The position numbers and the translations under genes are program-made. The notes under the pieces are model-generated. The model did no database searches. It saw only the letters and a program-made list of their open reading frames with translations, and was not told where the DNA came from. A DNA stretch of 64,000 nt from Flectonema sp. DT1601 (lineage: Eukaryota), in contig OZ025782.1 of NCBI GenBank assembly GCA_964019425.1, positions 806,001-870,000 of the forward strand, given 5' to 3'. Shown one piece after another: positions 57,050-64,000 of the stretch; positions within the stretch are counted from its first letter, which is position 1, and each line of letters opens with the position of its first letter.

Positions 57050-57465
57050 ATGACTAGACCGCATGATGGGTAATCCTGTTCTCAGTGGCCTTTTTGTTTT
57101 ATTTTAGCTTTTAGTTTCATTCTTTGTTCGTACTAAATTGTGTGTTCGGTCCCGTCACAAACTGGATACGCATTGGCGATGACAAAAATATCGTAATTTG
57201 GATTTTGCTCGTTACGCCAACGAAACTCACAAACTGAACGAAGAAGTTCAAAAGAAGTGAAAGAAAGAATAAAAAGAGTGTAATAGTTTTAAATCTTTTA
57301 TAAGATTCCTTTGTTAGAACCTATTCAGAGATGAGTTAGTCTTAATTCCAAGTAGTGTCACAAATCTAATAAAACATGTTTACGAAGCTCCTCATTTGAT
57401 ATCATTGCGATGATCTAAAAGTTACAAATCAAAGTATTTCTTACAGAATTTCTAATTTATTTAAT

Positions 57466-58578
57466 ATGACGGAATTCACAAAAACAGCGACACTCGTCGA
57501 CAAGTGTGGAGAGTGTCTAGGAATAATGAGAGGCGAGACAACACCACAAGAGAAGAAAGATGCGATGGAATTGTTCAGAGTAACTACAACGGAGTTGGAA
57601 CCAAAACTCCAGAAGATGAAAAAGAAGGCGATGGAACCCGATCCAGATAAGAGACTCTACGGTGATGCGATGGTTAAGAAAGTTATGACTTTAGTAGAAC
57701 GCTATGATGATTTCTGTACAGTTTTCGAGGACTCGACGTCAACTGTTGAGAATGAACTGAAACCATTCGAAGAAGAACAACAAAAACAACGAGAAGAAGA
57801 ATCAGCTGAGAAGATCAAAGAGGCTAAACGACAACGCGAAATAGAAAGACGACTTCGCGAGGAAGAAGAAGAAATAAAAGAAATGGAGCGTCGGGCAGAG
57901 CAACTACGAGAAGAGGCGCGAGAAAAAAGGTACCGCGAGCAGTGTGAGGAAGCCTCTCGGATCCGACTTGAAAATCTCCGTCAAGTTGAGGCGGAGAAAT
58001 CACAACGAGCAGCTCTCAACCGTTTCTTAAATTCAACACCAACACGAGTTCTCCTCAGAAGAGGAGTTCAAACATTATTTGATCATTGTAAAGAAGGAAT
58101 TATAAAACCTAAAACTAGTATCACTTGGCTGCGCTACTTTGACGACACCATTCGCAATCTTCAACAGTTTACTAAGAATCTCGCTGGACACCCAGACTCT
58201 CACGCTTTGAAGAACCTTCGATATGCTAATCAGAACTTCTTTTCGGACATTCTTTCCCGAGGAGAAGGAGCTAAGTATGTCGTATATTCACTCGGGTACA
58301 GGCCCGCTGGGTTTGGAGACGGAGCGTTTCTCGTACTTGAAGAGATTGATCCTCAGGAGAAGTATGAGGAATGGAGTGAGTGGTGGGATGAAGTGAAGTG
58401 GACACGAGATTACCTTAACGACCTCGTTGAAACGATGCGGGAACACAGACGAGGGTTCGCCAAACACGAATATAAAATTGAGGAATTCCTTCCTTTAGTA
58501 AAACAGGAGGCGATGGAAATCACTCAGCCGGAGGCACCATTTTATGAAGAACCTGAGGACCAGCGTTACTTCTCTTGA
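57466..58578 (+). CDS. Coiled-coil protein with a C-terminal PUB-like domain
   Basis: E/R-rich helix followed by LQQFTKNLAGHPDSHALKNLRYANQNF..GAKYVVYSLGY..FLVL, matching the PUB pattern N..hP....+.i+..N..F..Ga...l...G(F/Y). Confidence 0.6.
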   Translation: MTEFTKTATLVDKCGECLGIMRGETTPQEKKDAMELFRVTTTELEPKLQKMKKKAMEPDPDKRLYGDAMVKKVMTLVERYDDFCTVFEDSTSTVENELKPFEEEQQKQREEESAEKIKEAKRQREIERRLREEEEEIKEMERRAEQLREEAREKRYREQCEEASRIRLENLRQVEAEKSQRAALNRFLNSTPTRVLLRRGVQTLFDHCKEGIIKPKTSITWLRYFDDTIRNLQQFTKNLAGHPDSHALKNLRYANQNFFSDILSRGEGAKYVVYSLGYRPAGFGDGAFLVLEEIDPQEKYEEWSEWWDEVKWTRDYLNDLVETMREHRRGFAKHEYKIEEFLPLVKQEAMEITQPEAPFYEEPEDQRYFS

Positions 58579-59038
58579 GAACTGGACGTTGAGATTGAAA
58601 TGTCTCAAATCTGTTCTTTAATTCGTTGGATTAGTTTCATCTAATCGACTGTTCCGTTAATTACTTTTATTAAGAAGTCTAATTAGAGATATTTATGTAG
58701 TGGTGGCTACTCTACTTGATGTGTTGACGCATCCAGTAGTGGAGCTTTAGAGTAAATAATCATTACCTTGTGTGGCTTGTTTTCTCTACTTGACAAATAC
58801 CCTTGCCTGGGATATGTGGGCCGCTGTCAAGTGGCTCTGCCCTTTGCTATTAGTTGTGTTTTATATCTACGGAAGTAGGTGAGTTGATAAATACTTTGTT
58901 TGTTACTTTTATTTCTTTCATTACAGGATGTTCATGTCTATCGAAACAAAGACCAGCTTGTGTGTGAAGTTTACTTTCTTGTTTAAGTTTCACTTCCCTA
59001 AATAGAAAATAAGTTAGAAAACAATTAGTGAATTTAAT

Positions 59039-62000
59039 ATGGATGCTAATCTGCTGGGGCTGCCCCCAGCAGCTCCCCGTCCTAGAAATGTGTTGGATTT
59101 CGGGTCAGCAATCGCAAATCAGTTGAAACATTTGGTGCAGACGATGACGAAGACGACTCACACAACTCATTATCAGGAGATCGAAAAGTTGTTGAGCAGG
59201 TTTGGTGAAGAAGCTTATCGGCTGCTGCTTTCTATTCTCGTGAAGGAGGTGTTGAGTTCCGCTGCGTCAAATGGCCAGCCAGCAGCTAATTCACCAGAGC
59301 AGCTTAAGAACGCTCTTCTTGCTCAAGAGTTACAAAAACTTCCTAAGTACCCAAATTTTATATCCCTGGCAGCCGACATCATTTCTGTGAAGGGAAAGTC
59401 AACAAACTACCTCCAAGACATAATGAAGAATGTTTCTATTCCGCTACCAGTTCAGTTAGCTCTCGGACTCTCATTTAGTCACAGCAGTGAAACTGAGGTC
59501 CAACAGAACGGACAAAAATTCTTAAAAAACAAATTAGGAGAGATTACCCCAAATGCTGTGAAGACTCTCCCAGATGCACTAGTTCATCACCTGCTGTACT
59601 ACATTCAAACGACTGAAGTATTTACGGAGCAGGCTAAAATATTAATGCAATTGGAGTCTCTAAGGCAAAGTTTATTAAGTCTCAACCCGCTGAACATTAA
59701 TCAAAAAGACATCAACAAAAAGCGTGAAAGCAGAGATGCAGAACAAGCAAAGCTACCTGATGATTGCCTGTGTAGTATTTCATTAGCTGGTATTATGGAT
59801 GAATTAGGACCTGGTTGTACTGTTACTGTCACGGGATTCAAATCAATTGTCGATCAGTTTACTACTCTGACACCAAAAGTGATTGCCAGAGCAATTGGTA
59901 TGATGGCAATGTTTCAGAACACTCACGCTGACGCTCGTAACTATGAGAACTGCCAACAGGCACTTTACGATTCGATGTTCGCAACGGGAAACTCGACTCA
60001 GCAGATTTCATCGCAAGCTGCTACTGCTTGGAATATCTCAAACTTCGTCACCGTCATCAAAGAACGAGTTTCTGGGGATGACTTCTGGCACAACGTTCTT
60101 CGCTCTTTGGATGTCCCGGGACTGAAATTAACAACTTTGAGGGCTCTCAATTTAATTGTCTCCGTCTTTAAAGAGACTGGTGAGGCAGAATTACCAATTC
60201 AACACCTTCTGGGAGATTGGGAGAATGGTGAAGTGCAGTTGTCTATTTTGTCATTATGTCTGCAGGCGCCACCTGATGTCGTTAACTTTACGACTCCTCA
60301 CACTGTGAGTTGGGAAGGATCACCTCCTTGGGCTTCTGTTGATTTAGTTGAAAGTCTTCTTAACCTTGGAGCTAATCAGAAATTAGTCTCTCGTGTTGTT
60401 CAATTGTTTGAATCTAAGCAGGGAAGGATTTCAGGAGGTCCAATTACCAGACACGCTGACTTACTTCTGTTGGTACTTCTCGCTGCTAAGCCGCACTACA
60501 CGGAGCTCCGTCGCGATCTGGTCAAAAGGCTGTTGACTGAAAAGTTGAAGCGCAGTGTTGCTCACGACTTTGCTTTGTTGGCCAGGGCTGCAGGTGATAA
60601 CATCAACGTGTTGTGTCACGGTTTGTCTGACTGCTTCTTGGAGACGCAGAGTTTGGCAGAAGCGATTCTAAATGTCGCAGTTGAGGGAAAGTGGATTGAA
60701 CAGCTGATGAGAAGATGTCCAAGTGCCACACTGTTGTCACAAATAATTCTTCTCTCGGGTAAGAGAGGTGGACCAGAAAACAGACTCGGAGGTCCACAGT
60801 GGTTAAGGAAAGTACTTGAAGGAGAAGTAACTATTGTACCTGACCTCTCAACGATGGCACAAACGCTTTTGAAATGCATCGAACTGTCTCCTCAGCTACC
60901 GATTAGTGAAATTGCAATGGTATTGGCAGAACCAAGCACAGGCCTCACTGAACAGCAAAAATCACTCGCTAAGAAGCTCGCTACAGAAAGTGCCAAAACA
61001 CCAAAAACAGAAGTCACCAGCAACAACAAGTTCGGTCAGGACGTCGAACGCGAAGCCAACAACAACTTCGCAAAGATCTATCACAACGAACTCGATGTTA
61101 AGGACCTCGTTGACACCCTTCAGCGCTACAAAAATAGTAATGAGGGAGAAAGGGAACACAATATTTATTCCTGTATGGTGCACAACTTGTTTGATGAATT
61201 TCGTTTCTTTAGTCGGTACCCACCTAAGGAGTTAAAGATAACTGCTGAACTCTTTGGAGGTATCGTAGCCCACAACGTACTAGAGAATCACAGACTGGCA
61301 ACTGCACTTAAATATGTTCTTCAGAACTTGGCACGACCACAACACGAGAACTTAAAGAAATTCGCAATTGATGCCCTCGAGAAATTCAAGCGTCGTCTAC
61401 CTGAGTGGCCTCAGTACTGCACCCTGTTGAAGAGAGTTCAGGGAATCGAAAAGATGCTTCCAGGAATTGGAAAATATCTGAACTCTCAGATGGAGACAGT
61501 GACTCCAGCACCTGTTCAGCCAGAAGCGGCAGCTGAAAGACCTCATTCGGTACCATCAGCTAGTGGAACTGATATCTCTACTTTAGAAGGTCAGAGTATG
61601 GCAATGAGACCTGACAGCGCTATTCAGGAGAAGATTGGCCACATAATTCACCAGTTGGATCAACAGAATCTTCCTCAGCAGGTCATGGAAATGAGAAAGT
61701 TTCTCCAACCTGAGCACTACGCGTACTTTGCTGAGTTCCTCGTTGTTAAGAAGGCTTCTTTAGAGCCAAGTTGTCATAAACTGTACATGACTTTATTAGA
61801 GAAGTTGGGTAACAAAGACACTGACACGGCAGTAGTACAGGCAACGTACACGTCGATTAAAGCCTTGTTGGCATCAGACAAGATCAGAGCCAGTAGCAGT
61901 GAGAGATCTCTTCTTAAGAATTTGGGTTCCTGGTTGGGTCTTCAAACTATTGGGCGCAACAAACCGCTCATGGCAAGAGATTTGGATCTGAAGGGACTTC

Positions 62001-64000
62001 TGTTTGATGCGATTCAGAACGGGAAGCTGATTGCTGTGGTTCCGTTTGTCGCAAAGGTGTTGGAGCATTCCGTTACTTCAAAAGTCTTCAAACCACCAAA
62101 CCCCTGGCTGATGGGAATCCTCAGTCTGCTTGTTGACCTTTACCAGCTTCAGGATCTAAAGTTGACTTTGAAGTTCGAAGTTGAAGTTCTCTGCAAGAAC
62201 ATCAATCAGTCAATTAGCAACTTAGCCGACACTAAGGGAGCTCGCACTGCTCAACGTGAGAAGTTGGAGAGCATCAGAAAGGATTTGGAATCAAGAGGAG
62301 AGTTAGAACAATCAACTGATTTCAATACTGGTAAAAGACCTCCTTCACATGATCCAAGTCCAAAGGTTGGAGGATACGATGATCAAAGACAACAAGGATG
62401 GATTAATCAAAATCAACCAAATATGAATGAAGACAAACTATGGAAGCACGAGGGAGCAGTTCCAAGTCAGGCAGTTCCATCACAGCCGTTAATGCAGCAG
62501 CAGTATGTTCCTGGAAGAGGACCAGATCTTCAGGAATTGTGCCACCCAGATATTATTTCTGAAAATGTTGTCATCCCTCAGGGTCAGCACCCACCACAGG
62601 CATTAAAACAAATAATGGGATACGCTATATTTAAGGCACTAAAAGACTCTCTCGTTGGTTTTGTAGAACGCAGCGTTACCATCGCGTGCACTACTACAAG
62701 AGAGTTAGTAATTAAGGATTACGCCATGGAACCAGATGATGCAGTTGTAATGAAGGCTGCCCTTCAAATGGTGAAGTGTCTGTCTGCTCACCTCGCTATG
62801 GTTACCAGCAAGGATATCCTTCGCGCTGCTATTAAGAGTAATTTAACTGGTCAAATGGACCCAGCAATAGTAAACACACTCGTAGAAGATAACCTCCACC
62901 TTGGTGTGTCATATGTTGAAAGGTGTGCTACTGACGATGCAGCAAAGCAGATTAAAGAAATATTAATAAAGCCTATGGGTGAAAGAAAGAGAAGACACGA
63001 TGAGCTACAAAAGAAGCCAATGATGATGGCTCTACCTGATCCTTTGAAACCAAAAGATGGTCCAGTTCCATTAGTCTACAAGAATGTTTATGATGACTTC
63101 GCAAATATGAAAACTTCCAGACCAGAAGATCCACTTTCTTCAGAACAGAGAAAGTCACTCGAATTGTTGGACGACATCTTGAGAAGAATTGAAAGTGAAA
63201 CTGAGCAGCACTACAAAACCAACTACAACGGAGCTGGTCCTCCTGATGCCAGTCGTGTCTTGAGTTTAACACAACAGTCTTTCACTGCACAGACTCAGTC
63301 ACCTCAACACGTTGCTATTAAGAAATTACTCTGTCAAATCCCACATCTAATTAAACCAGAGACTGCTAATTTATTTGCGAAGCATATCTTCAACAAAGTA
63401 TTTCAACTTAATGATAAAATTAGTCAAGAAAGGACTCAGAACCTTAACCAACAGCTTCACGTTTCAATTTTATTGAATGAAGTCTGTCTTTTTATCCTTC
63501 AGTCTGCTAGAGACAAGAATACCGACAAGATCGTTGAAGAGTTGACAAGTTTATTTATCCAACATGAGAAGAAGTGGCTGACTAAAGAGATCGCTGTTAA
63601 CTTCATCCGTCTTCGATTAATTGATGTTTCTGAATTTGACAAACATCTGACCAAAGCACTTCAGCAGGGTGAGGGGGATCCACAGCGCAGAATTGTTGAG
63701 TTTGCCGGCAGCATTGTTCAGAAATGTCTCGTTGATGAGAAGTTGACCAGCCAAAGAGATTTGAGAAATACTTTGGACGCACTTGAAAAGATTGCAAAGC
63801 ACGCGAAGTTGGGTCAGCCAACACCACCAGCGACTCCGCCACAGCCGGCACAGCAACAAGCGGCTGCTCAACAAGCAGCGCAGCAGCAACAGCTACAACA
63901 GCAGGTGCAGCAACAAGCAGTGCAGCAGCAGCATCAGCAGGTTCCAGGAGGTCCAATCGTACCTTTACCTGTTGATAAGGGAATTGTACCTGTTGGATCA
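59039..64000 (+). CDS. CNOT1: CCR4-NOT transcription complex subunit 1 (5' part; continues beyond the window)
   Basis: Not in the ORF track, presumably because it has no stop in the window. Hand translation from ATG 59039 gives IANQLKHLVQTMTK..EIEKLLSRFGEEA, CMVHNLFDEFRFFSRYPPKELKITAELFG, ERSLLKNLGSWLG..IGRNKP, KVFKPPNPW, LKLTLKFEVEVL, VERSVTIACTTTRELVIKDY. Confidence 0.95.
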   Translation, partial: MDANLLGLPPAAPRPRNVLDFGSAIANQLKHLVQTMTKTTHTTHYQEIEKLLSRFGEEAYRLLLSILVKEVLSSAASNGQPAANSPEQLKNALLAQELQKLPKYPNFISLAADIISVKGKSTNYLQDIMKNVSIPLPVQLALGLSFSHSSETEVQQNGQKFLKNKLGEITPNAVKTLPDALVHHLLYYIQTTEVFTEQAKILMQLESLRQSLLSLNPLNINQKDINKKRESRDAEQAKLPDDCLCSISLAGIMDELGPGCTVTVTGFKSIVDQFTTLTPKVIARAIGMMAMFQNTHADARNYENCQQALYDSMFATGNSTQQISSQAATAWNISNFVTVIKERVSGDDFWHNVLRSLDVPGLKLTTLRALNLIVSVFKETGEAELPIQHLLGDWENGEVQLSILSLCLQAPPDVVNFTTPHTVSWEGSPPWASVDLVESLLNLGANQKLVSRVVQLFESKQGRISGGPITRHADLLLLVLLAAKPHYTELRRDLVKRLLTEKLKRSVAHDFALLARAAGDNINVLCHGLSDCFLETQSLAEAILNVAVEGKWIEQLMRRCPSATLLSQIILLSGKRGGPENRLGGPQWLRKVLEGEVTIVPDLSTMAQTLLKCIELSPQLPISEIAMVLAEPSTGLTEQQKSLAKKLATESAKTPKTEVTSNNKFGQDVEREANNNFAKIYHNELDVKDLVDTLQRYKNSNEGEREHNIYSCMVHNLFDEFRFFSRYPPKELKITAELFGGIVAHNVLENHRLATALKYVLQNLARPQHENLKKFAIDALEKFKRRLPEWPQYCTLLKRVQGIEKMLPGIGKYLNSQMETVTPAPVQPEAAAERPHSVPSASGTDISTLEGQSMAMRPDSAIQEKIGHIIHQLDQQNLPQQVMEMRKFLQPEHYAYFAEFLVVKKASLEPSCHKLYMTLLEKLGNKDTDTAVVQATYTSIKALLASDKIRASSSERSLLKNLGSWLGLQTIGRNKPLMARDLDLKGLLFDAIQNGKLIAVVPFVAKVLEHSVTSKVFKPPNPWLMGILSLLVDLYQLQDLKLTLKFEVEVLCKNINQSISNLADTKGARTAQREKLESIRKDLESRGELEQSTDFNTGKRPPSHDPSPKVGGYDDQRQQGWINQNQPNMNEDKLWKHEGAVPSQAVPSQPLMQQQYVPGRGPDLQELCHPDIISENVVIPQGQHPPQALKQIMGYAIFKALKDSLVGFVERSVTIACTTTRELVIKDYAMEPDDAVVMKAALQMVKCLSAHLAMVTSKDILRAAIKSNLTGQMDPAIVNTLVEDNLHLGVSYVERCATDDAAKQIKEILIKPMGERKRRHDELQKKPMMMALPDPLKPKDGPVPLVYKNVYDDFANMKTSRPEDPLSSEQRKSLELLDDILRRIESETEQHYKTNYNGAGPPDASRVLSLTQQSFTAQTQSPQHVAIKKLLCQIPHLIKPETANLFAKHIFNKVFQLNDKISQERTQNLNQQLHVSILLNEVCLFILQSARDKNTDKIVEELTSLFIQHEKKWLTKEIAVNFIRLRLIDVSEFDKHLTKALQQGEGDPQRRIVEFAGSIVQKCLVDEKLTSQRDLRNTLDALEKIAKHAKLGQPTPPATPPQPAQQQAAAQQAAQQQQLQQQVQQQAVQQQHQQVPGGPIVPLPVDKGIVPVGS

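Noticed and set aside
57173..57238. SECIS or C/D snoRNA-like stem (gatga..ctga); similar at ~24392-24438
   Set aside because: No 3' GA quartet partner and no in-frame TGA gene upstream; C box imperfect and no rRNA target recognised.
59943..63956. Short ORFs listed by the track in the last 4 kb
   Set aside because: All overlap the long CNOT1 frame that starts at 59039.

Overview
AT-rich eukaryotic genomic DNA with about 21 protein-coding genes, all on the + strand, several split by short GT-AG introns that the ORF track misses. In order: SRCR/2OG-Fe(II) dioxygenase fusion, CCDC112-like, GH27 glycosidase, glutaredoxin-like, TMEM143-like, arylsulfatase, NOG1, the gamete fusogen HAP2/GCS1, an unknown protein, amastin-like tetraspan, transportin, a 3816-aa repeat protein, a VHS(-GAT)-kinesin-14, a bromodomain protein, an SCT1/GPT2-type GPAT, a coiled-coil protein, tandem RPLP2 copies across a 200-N gap, a Cys-free CHCHD2-like protein, a PUB-like protein, and CNOT1 running off the right edge. 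Unidirectional clustering, amastin-like and VHS-kinesin genes, and cis-introns suggest a euglenozoan, probably a diplonemid (inference). Main points of interest: (i) coding-region introns end in A/C-rich tracts with no polypyrimidine tract, whereas most AG sites just upstream of start codons are pyrimidine-rich, a possible cis- versus trans-splicing code; (ii) an intact HAP2; (iii) a giant protein with 14 copies of an unrecognised ~145-aa domain and 12 AKAP-like helices; (iv) a hidden spliced 33-aa ORF in the 23-26 kb gap. All calls are by eye; no searches were run.
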